Shown one piece after another: positions 12,951 to 25,474 of a stretch of 34,960 nt of DNA. Source of the stretch: Catajapyx aquilonaris (Eukaryota). Position 1 is the first letter of the stretch, and the number at the start of each line of letters is the position of its first letter. The DNA lies in assembly GCA_000934665.2 (NCBI GenBank), contig KZ539053.1, positions 1 through 34,960 of the forward strand. The letters run 5' to 3'. The notes beneath the pieces were generated by a model, which was given only the letters and a program-made list of their open reading frames with translations, had not been told where the DNA came from and ran no database searches. The position numbers were made by a program, and so were the translations under genes.

Positions 12951-15900
12951 TTTTCTTTCTTGAGAAGCCACCCCTTTGCTCCCGTCGGCTCTTTTCGTGG
13001 AGGTCACTATTTTTGAAGGCTGTCGGCCGGGGTTCCAGAAGGAACAAAAAAGGGAAACAGAGCTTCCTTCTTTTGAAAGTGGATTTGCAGACAGGTTGAG
13101 TATCCTTCAGGTTGTCCTCTCATACATGGCGAGGGTTACAACACCCGCAAATTTTTCGGGCCCCGAGTTGGTGACGTAAAAATATTTTGGCCCCGCTCCC
13201 GTCACCCTACTTCTTTGTCTAAATTTTGCTACCGTAAAAAAAAAAATGCGCATATACCTCTATTTTTACACTCGGCCATTGTTGCTATTTCAATAGACTT
13301 CTTCGGCGATTCAATTTCCTCTAGTGCTTTAAAAAAAAAATGCTGGCCATAAGCTTCTTACTAAGCCAGCCAAGGACGCGCCCAAGTTTTCCAGATGAAA
13401 ATTCGGTGCGTGTTCAGTACCGGAACCGCCCTTCCCTAATAGACACAGCTCCATAGCTGCCGTATACAGTACTATAACCTGGTTTTGTAGCCTGCTCAAG
13501 TGGGCGGCTTTTCCAGTTCCGTTTTCTCTCCTCGGCTCGCCAACTCTTCCAAAAACAGCCTGCAGCCTAATAAACGCATGAGCGGTTCCACAAAAAACCT
13601 GGTAAGGTTCGCAAAAAATATATGTATATAAAAATTTAAAAAAAAATACTGGAGGTAAAAATATGCGAGCCTCAGCCTAGGGTTGACCTGTCCCTGACAC
13701 ATCCGTACAAACTGTCTTTTGTGAGAGTCACTGATAGGATATTGAATCAAATTGTGCGGTAAGGGCGCACACAAGGGGCGAAAAGGAAGGAAGCAATTTG
13801 TGGGGTGGCCCTGTCCCAAACAAGAAATGGCTGAAAAAGTACGAATTGGCCCCCCCAAGCAAAGTAATGACATTTTCCACCCTGTTCACTCTTGATTAGA
13901 GAAACCTTTTTATACGCGCTTTTAGTTTGCACACAAACTAATTCCGACTCGTTTCCCTAGAGGGGGGTCCCTCCACCAAAGAGCGATTGCAGTAATGGCG
14001 GTAAAGAAGTTTCCTATGACCTGTTAACGTCGTTTGCATGTGCCGGCGGAAACCAGGAAGGTGACTATTGATGGGTCGTTCCAATCGCGTTTGAGCTGCC
14101 CCTAGACTCAAGGGACGACCATAATTGACACATTTCTCCGAGTGATGTCAAAATTCAAAGGTGGAAAAACCTGCTCCCGCCTCTTTTAATTTTTTAAAAA
14201 AAAACCTGAAGCATTCCAAATTTACACAAGAATTTAACATCCTGACTTAGTACTGACGGTCCCAGAGCATCCCCAGGCAAAACCGCCGACAAAGACATCC
14301 ACCTCGGTCCAAGAACAGCCCTCAAGTTTTGGCACCGGTCCGAAGCCTGGGGTCGCGCGCAGCCAATATGGCCGGCGGCCGCAATGGCGGAAGCGGGGCG
14401 TTTGGCAGCCAACATAGCGGGCATCCACTGCCGGGCGGCCAGACAGCCAACGGGTCAAATGGGCCCCACCGGTTTTCACTTATTACCCTGACAACCTCCT
14501 CGTCTTTTTTTCCGGGTCCCAAAACCCGCCGCCTTCCAGTTCCGGAACAGGAATGCAGGGATTCCACTTCACTCACTTAAGATTACCTCATCGGATGGGC
14601 GAACTGTTTCCCTGATGCAGTTACTCCTCTCATTGGACAGTTTCAAATGCCCTCTTCCAACTCTTGTTTTTTTATTGTATATGGGAAGTTTGGTACGGAC
14701 CGGATTCTTTTTATGAGGTTCACGCCCCACAATAAATTCATACCCATATTTGGGGGGTGGGGAGGGCGAAGATGGATGTTGTAAATCAGGTGACTTATCG
14801 CTACTCATGATTTACACCGTACAGGTATATGGAGGTGGAAATTAAAACGGCCTGGCTTATATTCAACTAAATTCCAACCTGTTACATGATGGCTAGTGAT
14901 AACGTGTATTGAGTACCCTTTACACGCACAATAAATGCGACATTGAAAGTACATAATATGCGCAATTTTAATTACAATACTGATTAAAATCATGTCAGCT
15001 TAGACATACGATAAGTGCTATCTTGAACTATCCGCACTGATTCTCACCTCGCACATCGCCAGTCCCTCATTCTTCAAACTACGTCCAGTGTTGATAAACG
15101 CATCTTGTCCACCGTCGATACAAACGTGTTATTGAAGCCCTTAAAAATTGCCACTCTGACTGGATTGCATAAGACACAAAAGAGGAGGGTGTAAAACCTC
15201 TTTTTTTTTACGATCCTGCCCTGACAGCTCAGTGTTCCTTCCTCGTATATATAATATATGCTGCAAAACGTGTCACTTTCGGGAAGTGAGCACCCGATGA
15301 ACACACACGGATTGCAAAACTGTTCCCGGACTTGAAGCCGTTGCATAAAAGCTCTCCAGAAGATTGGATTATCTAGTTTTCTGTCACAACTCGCGCGACT
15401 TTTCTTGTACCGCCAAGAGAACGAGAGAGATCACCTTCCTTCTTCCAACCGGTAACTTGCAACGTTCTGTTAGTTAATCGAAGAACAGGTTCCTCTTATA
15501 CCGTAAAATGTCCACTGTGTGACAAGGGAATCGAGGATAAGGGGGGAAGAGGGTGGCAAAGGGAGGTGGGAAGAAGCGGGGCTGGAAATGTCTCGAGTTG
15601 CAACCACGACTGACAGGGGTAGAGAAATTTGAACCTATACAAATCCTGGGCCGAGATGGTATAGAAAATGAACTTCAAAGGGGAGTGTACCACAGGATAC
15701 CTGTCTCGGTTATGCAACCCAACAATGCGCGGGTTCATATTCGTATTTTTGGTGCGATGAAAAGCGATGTAATGAAATACGCCACATGCAGGTTGGGGGG
15801 GTAGGGAGGCTGGCAATGTTTGGAATATGTTAACTGCAACACATGTTGTGTAGCTTTTTTTATAAACTCCCCACCATTTTTTGCAGTGGGGGTTGAATAA

Positions 15901-16301
15901 ATTCAAATGCTCGACATGACGCTAATTACTGCGACCGAAACAAGTTGAAAACAATATGAAACATTCACGGGAATTAATCGAAATTCATAATAATGCTACC
16001 CACGTGGTGGATGACGTAACTTATGCAGTACGTTTGGGTGCTTTCATTTTCCCGCAGTGTACTGCAAAGGTCAGCATGTAGTCAGCCCTGATAAAATTGC
16101 GCCGCAGCACATCGACCCTGTCTATTTACGTCGTAAAGGGAAGCAGGCACATGAACGCCAGCATTTTTTTACCTACTCAGCTACTCTGGCCAGCCCACAC
16201 GGCAGAAAGAGACAGGCCCGATGTTGATGCTGTGCCATTTTACGGTTGATCAAAAAAATAATCCTCTGTGCACACAGCGACCTTTGAAAGCTAGTTTTAT
16301 A

Positions 16302-16530
16302 CAGGGTGTTTCCGAGCTATCTTTACAAACTTCTAGGGGTAATAGAGGGGACCAAGACAAACATATTTTATATAGGAACCAGTGTCCGGAAATGCGACCG
16401 AGCACACCCGTTCCTTGTCTATGAACCCCCTCTAGATGGCGTTTCCGGACACGAGTTCCTATAATTATGTTTGTCTTGGTCCCCTCTATTACCCCCTAGA
16501 AGTTTGTAAAGATAGCTCGGAAACACCTTG
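16302..16530. mobile_element. Tc1/mariner-type MITE (229 bp) with ~90-bp TIRs and TA target duplication
   Basis: The left end TA|CAGGGTGTTTCCGAGCTATCTTTACAAACTTCTAGGGGTAATAGAGGGGACCAAGACAAACATA is the near-exact reverse complement of the right end ...GATAGCTCGGAAACACCTTG|TA. There is no transposase ORF. Confidence 0.9.
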
Positions 16531-19500
16531 TATATCTCATATTGAAAAGTTCGCTCGGGTTTGTGTGTGCAAATAATGTCAGCACAATATCTGATTATGT
16601 ACTGAATACCTACGTACAATACCCGATTTCCCTTCAATATTCCATCATACAACCAACCGGGTCTTGAAGCGGTCTTTCTTCACCCTACCCTGGAATTCGC
16701 CCACTTCCACGAACCCTCCTAATTATAACAATTTCTCAAAAAAACACAACGTAACTCAACCTTTCAAACCCCCACCAACTTCCTCAGAATCAAGCAACAA
16801 GTGCTCCCCCCCCTCCCCCCCGCCCCCTGGTCTTACACGCCAAACTCAGCCAACAACCCATTTCTCCCCAGGCTCAACCCACCGGGCCCATCTCCTCAGG
16901 GGTCTACCCTCCCAAAAACTCTTCTTTTTTTTTTGCATCCAACCGGTCCGTAGGGGTCATCCCTATGTGCTCCCGGGGTCTCCCACCACCTCCCCCCTCC
17001 GGATGGAATCCGGCGGAACAGGCGGACGAAGCAAGTGCCCTCAGGATTATGGGGATGTCTTTCGGGTTGGCCAGTGTTGCCATTTTTGGGTTTTCCCGCC
17101 ATTCCCCGCTTAAAAATCTGACGTCACTTCAAATCAGATTCTGTCCGGTTTAAAAATTGCTCAAGTCCCTGGCATCCTGCCCGCGTGTCTAGTCACGTTA
17201 TCAGTGTCACTGACTCCTTGGGGGTACGTACCTGCCGCTAAAACCGGAGAGCGCGTCACATGTCCCACCATCCACACACCACAAATATGCACTGTCCCAA
17301 AACTGTCCGCCAAAAGCAGCAGCCTGTCCCCCGTCCGTCCGGCAGCAGGTTCCGCCTCGGAATGTTTTTATCTAGCCTAAGCCAGCAGAAGAGAAGCTAG
17401 TGCCTGTAATCACTTTCACTCCCTTGCTCGTCCCCAGCGCCCCCTACAACTTCCCCCCGCCCCCTCCCGGACCCCTAACCACTCCGCTCAGCTGCTTGCG
17501 GGGCCGTATCACCACTTGTTCTGGGGAGGACCTAAATCACTCTGTATTATTACGCGACCGCGACCGTTTTGAAATCTGGCGGGATTTTCTGCCTGTTGCG
17601 AATGGTCCAAAATGTCCTGATAGATAGATATATGTCCTGATAGTACATAAAGGGGCTCCAAAAAATCAGGTGCATCCAATCAGAGCTAGGTACGAGCCTT
17701 TTCACCTGAGGGCGGGCACGCATCAATTCACCGCGGCATTTCCGCACCGGAAGTGTAAACTGGCCAGTGCCGCCAACAAACTGTGACGCTATTGGCCAAG
17801 AAAGGGCCAACGGAGATGGAGGAAGGAGGGGGAGGGGGGGNGGGGGGGGGGGGGGTGGGGAGCACATCAGCACGGAGGTACCAGTCTCAGGAAGGTGGTG
17901 GAGTCAAGAAAGAAATAAATAAAGGAGGGGCCAAACTGGATGGTGGATGATGCAGGAGGAAAAGAAGCTCATGGGTGCCCTGGGGCCACATATGGCCCGG
18001 CCCCTAACCACCGAGGTTGTCAAGTCAAGAAACATTCCTGCACATTACAACATTGCGAAAAGAAAAAAATATATAGAAGAAAATCATGGGACAACTTTTC
18101 TAGGACTTATTGCCCCGACCGTTGAACGTTGCACGTAAGAAACTCATGCTGCAATTCCTTATTGGGTCCGAAATTCCTCAGATTTTAAGTTCACACGGGT
18201 ATTGTACTGGATTCCAATCAATTTCGCAATTTTATCCTACCTAGTTGTCATATTGCAATGCATCTCGATTATCCGGACATCCGTGGGACATCCGACCGCT
18301 ATTTCAGCTATTTGCTCCAATCAAGTTCCAGACCCCGATACGATACAAATTTTCAATGCAATACTTTGTAAGGTTCGCGGTGTTGCTACATGCTACCAAG
18401 ATGAACCCTTCTGTTAAACAGAGTTTATTCCAGGTACTGGGTGCATACGGTCACTTCCTACAACGTCTGGGGGGAACTACAGGAAAACTACGGACACAAA
18501 AGCATATTTACGATGTGCTTAAGGAAATAATCTTTCCTTGAGACCTAACTTCCTTGATTACATAGCAAGCCTACAGGTAGTCAACAGGAAATGAGTGGTC
18601 AGATAACGACTTTCATCCCCGATTAATTGTGTGTACTTTGGATGCCCCCTATGCCCTTATCGTCACCAAAATGCTCACGATTAGATTTCTCTGCAGTCTA
18701 CTGCAGGAAAAAGGGTCTGGAAAAACGCTTTTGGGGACCAGAAATTCCTAGTAAAATGTATGTGTGGGGGAGACCCCCCTCCAAAAATCCAGTGGAAATC
18801 TTCCAACAGGTTGTTGGGAAGGGGGGGAGGGGGCCAAGGCGGACCCTTTTCAACCCCCACCACTACCCATAACCCCCTACAGGGTTGGCCTGGCATTTCC
18901 TGAAAGGAAATCAAGGACCAAGACTTAAAACTTCGGAGGGGGTTAGAGAGGTGGTCTCTTCTTCCCCCAGTCCTCCCAGCATTAGCTGTGTTGCCTACTC
19001 CCACATTTTTTGTACCGTACTGCCTACAAAATTACTTACACCCTTATAAGGCACCCACACCTGTTCTCAGCATGTGCATCTCGTTTCGCATGATATTTCG
19101 TGGAAAGTTGTGATACTGTGGCCTTTCACGAGTTTTTTTTCGGTATGGAAAGGGGTCAACATTTATGGGCTGGGTCAATTATGTAACTAAATAAAATGCG
19201 ATAATGCGCCTTCTGTATTAGCTTATTCGTCGTGGATATTTTTGCAAACGTTTTACTGCTAATTGTTTCATGCATTCGGCGGTACCGTCTTCATTAGGAA
19301 AAAATAATAGGGACTTTCCACGATTTGTAAACACGACTCGACACTGTCTCCACGCAAGAAAAATATATATCCCGATTTTTATCCTAGCTTCAGGGTCAAG
19401 GTTTTTGATACGGTACATTACGGTAAAAATAACTGTACCATAATTAGGTTGCGGCTAAAATGAGTACCGGGTTATAATTAACCTGCTCATATCTTCGGAC

Positions 19501-22139
19501 ACGGTAAACCGTGTATTAGCCTCCAATTTGTTATGTGGGAGGGAAGGGCATGAATGCGTGTTAATCAAACCAATTCCCCATATAGATCCGATCTCGTCAG
19601 GTACACTACACACTTTTCCCCCCCCCCCATATCTAACAACCATGTCAGTAGGTCTGTGATACAGAGATCGATTCTGTGGAAAATCCTGCCGAATAATTGA
19701 CAATTACGCCACCTTCCTTCCGGCATCTGCGTTATCTGGACCACCCATTTCGAACTGGGTAACAATTGATACATCTCTTAGCTGATAAAAAAAGGAGGCC
19801 TGGAAGGTCACGTCTTGCAACAGGCACATTGAGAACCGCCATGTATGTATGTAGGTTATGTACGAACCTACGCCTCTTTTGTCTGCTCCCAAATTGGACT
19901 TAATTCCCGAACGGCGGAGCAAAAATGAGGTGCATTCAAGAGACGCCCATGTTGCTAATTATTGTTCCGGGTGTCTGTCGAGGAAGAATGGGGCTTCATT
20001 GTGGATGAAGGACGGCGTTTCGTTTTGAATAAATAACCTCATTCCGATAATTTCTTTTTCCCTTCCTTCATGACGAATGGTGCCGCTTCTTCTTCTTTTT
20101 TTATATATAATGAATAGAGATCTGATGACTTGTCTCGTATATGTAATACAAGGTCTGCTTGGGCTTTTCATCAGAAAAAAAAGACGAGGAAGAAGGGTCT
20201 TTTTCAAGAGGAATGCACTTTTGTCCCGCGATGTTGCCATGCCGTTGTGTTTATAGCTGGAACCGAACCCACGACTAGCCCACTTTATACGGTTACGGAC
20301 TCGTGGACTGATGCTTTCCCTACACACAAAAAAAGTGCAAAGTCATCCTCCGGAAATGGAAGTCAATTGCAGCTTACACCACGAGTCATAACAAGTACCG
20401 TAAATGAATCATAGGGTCAGTAATTCCCTACTGACAACATTGTCATTTGTCCACATGTGTCATGTCTTCGAATCGTAAATGCAATAAGCATGAAATCTGA
20501 TAATTTGGTGATGGAATGTACTTTTAGTTGGACCTGGGTGAGGGGAAGAAAAAGGTGGGCCTTCACCTGAATGGCCACCGATCGTTCCAAGAATGTCGCA
20601 AGAAGCAACAAGCTGGCAGCTGTTGATGGCTATCGGCCTTCTTCTCCTTTTTTCCGACCCCGTGTTCACCAGCCCGAGAGGAACACCCGTCCATCCACGC
20701 AGAACATGCACAAAAGCTGAATCCAAATTCGCCCATTTTCCACCCTAAAATCTCAGCTAAGATGGCGACGACCTGCACTGCAAAATTTGGTAGGCATGGC
20801 CCCTGGGGGGGGGGGGGGGGGGGNGGGGCGATTTTTTAATTGCTTTTTTTTTTCGGATGGAAATCTGAGATTTCTAAGCCGCCCCCACAAAGAGGCTTCC
20901 AAATCAGTGCTGGGCTGGTGGCGTGAAAGTGGTAAAGGCCCAAGGCAGGGTGGTCCACCGGAGCGGAACGAACCGGAAGTGGGCCTGACACAGAAAATGG
21001 CGGCTTGGGCGGGAGGAAGTGAGCCTCCCATGCTGGATAAACGCCTTGATTGGGGGCTATGAAGCGAGGAAGGGGAAGGGGTGACCTCTCGTCTGACCCT
21101 AACCAGATCCCCCCTCCCCACCTCCCCCATCTTTTTTTTTCTAACAACTTATGCCTCCATCTTGAAAGGAGGAGAAAAAAAAACCGACTGGGGTGATTCG
21201 CTTCACTGCCTTTTCGACCCCTCCATTACACAGCCATCCGGTTCAAAATCCAAGAAATATAAACTTTTAATCCTCTACCAGAATGATCGTTTTACTAACG
21301 TAACATTCACATCACAAAAATAAAGTCTAGAATGAACGTCATATATTCCATTTTCGTCCCTGTTATGTCTTGGGAGGAATGGGCCTATGTGACGTTCTTG
21401 AAAAATATCAAGGGTCATTTCATAATAATGTCTCGCGCGAGTCTGTCACTAATATTAGGCCGAACTGAATCATCCATTCAAGCTTAGAACTGCAAAGCAT
21501 TTCCGATTAGTAATGTCCCATTGGAACAATTGTCGTCAATGGCAGAACCAACCCTAATATTAGGAGCTAATACTTTTGATAACCACTAAAAGGAACTGTG
21601 CAAAAGTGATAGAAAATAAGCAGCTTAGTGCCAACAAATAGCCATAGCAGTCGGATCGCCCTGTATATACCACGATGTAGTCACCTTTGTTGCCATTACT
21701 ACTGCGGCTTGCGTAATAACAATGATGACGACGTTGGGCCGCACTTGCAAAATCGGATTATGGGCCATTAATACATCTGCGTATAAGTCGTATTGTACAC
21801 TTGTATACGTGAATTAGTACCCTCTTGAGTCTTTGTAAGACATGCTGTATTACTTCCCCTAGTCACGCATGCAGACTCCAGTTCCACGTGCACATCGGGA
21901 TCTACTTGTGGGCATGGATATCATGCGCAACTGAGTAATCCATCACGCTTTCCCTCGCCCCATTGTTGGTGTCAACTCTGGCAGCGCTCCACCCTGTACA
22001 TTGTTTTCCGAACCATCTCAGCTGGCAGTGAGCAACAAAAACAGGAATAAATCTTCCGCAGGATTGCCAGGGGTTGCCCGCACCAAAGATGGAAGTCGGG
22101 ACCTCCCTACTGTATTTTTATTTATTTATTTACTTACTC

Positions 22140-22160
22140 AATAATAATAATAATAATAAT

Positions 22161-22190
<30 letters not shown>
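22140..22190. repeat. Compound microsatellite (AAT)8(CAT)9
   Basis: Read directly from the sequence. Confidence 0.95.
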
Positions 22191-22192
<2 letters not shown>

Positions 22193-22248
22193 CGGCGTTT
22201 CCCAAAAAGATATGGGGTTGCCAGCGGATATTGAGGATGAGGTCCTCT

Positions 22249-22316
22249 ATTTACTTTAATAATAATTACCAATAAATTATTATAATAATTAATTGGTAAT
22301 TATTATTGAAGTAAAT
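22249..22316. repeat. AT-rich near-perfect palindrome (33-bp arms, 2 mismatches)
   Basis: ATTTACTTTAATAATAATTACCAATAAATTATT-AT-AATAATTAATTGGTAATTATTATTGAAGTAAAT. Confidence 0.9.
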
Positions 22317-23846
22317 CGAGTTGCTTATCCAGGACATAGTGATGCTACATCGTCATCGTTGGCCGCATTTCACCATGACAGCCTATGAAATAAAAATGGA
22401 TTCCACATGGTCCCGTCCGTGGTCCCGTCACTCTTCAGCAATACGAGAACTGTAACATGGCGAAAAAATTACCTCGGCAAAACTTAGCCGAAGGTACTTC
22501 ACATCACAAAGTGGTTGCCACAAACTAGGGCGGACACATGTTGAATCCAATTCTACATAACAAACACTTTTCATAACCCAGTCATTAACAGAAACACTCG
22601 CTCTTTTCAAAGGCTGAGGCAAATATTACATGCAACAAAGCCTCACGCGATGCTTGTTTTTTATTTGCGATAAGATTGTTCCCGATTCGTGGGCGTACAT
22701 GAGACAATAATACAATATGGCATTTACTCGAGACTGCCACCTACACATTCCTTCAAATGGGGGCAATGCTTATTCCTTCACAATCGATCCAAACCATTGT
22801 TGCCAACCTGGCATTATTTATACAAATGAGGTACCCTGGAAAATGCAGTTAACAATCTTCATCATTATCTCAAAAGTTTAAAAGCGCGAATTAAAAAAAA
22901 TATCCGCCCATTCCATGCAACCAATTGCCAGTTATCTTCTACAGACCCTGTCAACATCGCAAAATAATGGTTATTTACTTTTTTCCCATAAAATAAAGAG
23001 GTCATGCAGCCTTTAGGAAGACAAATGACACGAACTCTGCAACTTGAGAACGCATGTCTCAGTGGCACATCGCGGCATCTCTTGCTAATTATACACCGCG
23101 ACCGATTAACCTAACGCATCCGACCCCTCGTCTAGTGCATCACTGATGACACTTGTAGATTCTGTTCCCATTGTTAACATCGGAATGCAACCAAGAGCAG
23201 GTTTCACTACCCTTTTCCCTCTCTCACACGAAAGGGACCCGTTACTTGGCCACAGGTAGGCAAGGCAAGGCAAGACAGGTAAGCATGTCTTCGGACGCTA
23301 ACTCCGGAGACCGCTAACCGTAAACTAGATGACCTCATCGGGAAGTCAATTGCAAATGAAGTACCTCAGGAGCATTGTTGGCCGGCGGTTAAGTTCAGCA
23401 TAATTCACCCGTACCACCGCCTGGCGTCGCTGCATTCGGCTAAAAAAAGAGGGTCATTGCTTTGTTATCCAACTGATTAACTTATTGTTTTCATTGTAGC
23501 CAAATCCAACAACGCAACTGAAGGTTGTGGTTTTCACAGAGGTCGTTTTTGAAAATGTATAAAAGGCCTGAAAATAATTCCAATACGTAAGTTATGTCCA
23601 GAAAGCTTTTAAATGCCCAGTGTATTATTATTTACTATCAGAAATTCACTTGTTAGTACAGGCTCTGTGTTCGTCCATTTCGATTGCGTTACATTATACG
23701 CAAGAAAATCACGCCACAAGTGACAGGAAAGAATATGTTTACGAAAACGAGCACACACGGGCATGTAATGTTGGTACCATACTAATGCAAAGCAATTCTG
23801 TAAAGCAGGTGCGTACTGCAACAATGCTGCTACCGCCTACTGCCTC

Positions 23847-24073
23847 CACTGTAAACCGCAAAACATTAAAAGAACATCACTGGTGAGTTTCTCATGGAAC
23901 ATAAATTTTAATGCTCTCCTTAATGTTTTACTTTTTTCCCATAATGTTGTGATGCTTTTTTGTTGCTAAAAGCATCACAAGAGCATTAGGCGAGCATTAG
24001 AAGAGCATTAAAATTTGATGCTCCATGAGAGACTCACCAGTGATGCTCTTTTAATGTTTTGCGGTTTACAGTG
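23847..24073. mobile_element. Non-autonomous DNA transposon/MITE (227 bp) with CACTG termini, CMC/EnSpm-like
   Basis: ~70-bp TIRs: CACTGTAAACCGCAAAACATTAAAAGAACATCACTGGTGAG... versus ...CTCACCAGTGATGCTCTTTTAATGTTTTGCGGTTTACAGTG. The motif (G/A)(A/G)CAT(T/C)A recurs internally in both orientations. The flanks (TC / TA) do not form a perfect target duplication, so the superfamily is inferred. Confidence 0.8.
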
Positions 24074-25390
24074 TAGCTAAATGACACTGGTCTCATCTTA
24101 AGAGATAAGAGGGACTTTGAGCTTCCCCCCGTCACGTCAGATGGCAGTGCCGTGGCTTCGACGCGACGGTGGCGCGTCTGGAGGGTGGAGTTTGCGACAA
24201 ACAAAATAAGCAACGGATTTCGAATTAATAAATGAACACGATTTTGCATTCATCGGGTATAATTGCGTTTATTTAGCGTTGTAGTTTTACCTCCGGCCAA
24301 CAGATGCCGATAGTAACCGGAAGCACACGTTAACCCCCATGCAAAACGGGCCCAATTTCGTCTATTCTCTCTGTGGCACCGTTCGAATACAGTTCGGAAC
24401 GTGTTAAATGCACATCGTACACCTAACGCGGCGCTTTCGCTGGATCACGCTCAGCTAACACATAATGTAAACGATGGGTTGCCAAATCTCCCTTACCGAA
24501 AGCTCCTCCCTTCATACGATCGTTTCTTCACCGGATACTCTATTGTAACTTACATCACCTGGATAAGTGTTCTTTTCTTATGGTTATTCCGCATCGCGCA
24601 GATATTTTAAACGTATCAAATAGTTTAAATAGCTTACGATTTTTAAAACATTTCCCCACAAATCTCACGGTTAACCGACAACAACATGGCCTCGTGAGGA
24701 TCATTTTAAAAACCCCGTTCCATAGGACATTTCACTGTAAAAGGTTTGTCAATTTCATGACAATCAAAAATTGTGAAATTTGGCTTCATATCCATCTTAA
24801 AGAGAAACGGAAGTATTCCCCCCACCCTACCCGTATCGAGAGGTGAAAGGCAACTATTAAAGAGTTGCATCATGGGTTATGCAAAAGAAGCCGGTTCTCT
24901 TTCTGCAAGATTGGCCTACATAGGCCCCTTACGTCACAGACAACTACTTTCAGCGTTGTATATATCAACACAACTACTCTTCGGAACCTGCTTCACTGCC
25001 TCGTGTGACATTTTCAGCGCCCTAAGATCTCCCTCTCCGTTCCAGCTAATGCCAATAATTAGCTTCCATGACTGAAATCAGGCTCACGCTGAAGTAACAA
25101 ATTGTCAGTATGAATACTTTACATCAATTATCTTTAGTACTGTAAGTAGGCAGGAACAGTCATTGCTTGGAATAACAGTATTAATTTCCGTAAAGCGTTT
25201 ATAGTACTCGGGCCCCTCCCACACAAAAAGCATAATATACCTGATCACAACCATGAAGGTTGTACACATTCCACTGCTACTTCCGCGGCTCTTGACACAC
25301 AATCAGTTCCGTCTAGGCAACAAAAAACTTCCTCTTGCTTAAGAAATCCATTTTCTACCCCACTATCAGGTGCTTGTAGTTTTTATTAGT

Positions 25391-25474
<84 letters not shown>
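25391..25474. repeat. Head-to-head microsatellite AGT(ATT)10(AAT)9ACT(AAT)7 forming a palindrome
   Basis: Read directly; the symmetry axis is at 25423/25424. Confidence 0.93.

Noticed and set aside
324..21323. Dozens of 60-180-aa ORFs in the six-frame track
   Set aside because: No recognisable domains. They are dominated by poly-K/F/P/G from homopolymers, overlap on both strands and often start at non-ATG codons, as expected by chance in error-rich eukaryotic DNA.
21545..21670. Tc1-like half ends (AATACTTTTGATAACCACT; CCCTGTATA)
   Set aside because: No partner TIR found nearby, and they are too short to support an element call.
22074..22259. ORF with poly-Asn/poly-His (and the poly-Ile/Asn ORF at 25355-25555)
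   Set aside because: These are translations of AAT/CAT microsatellites.
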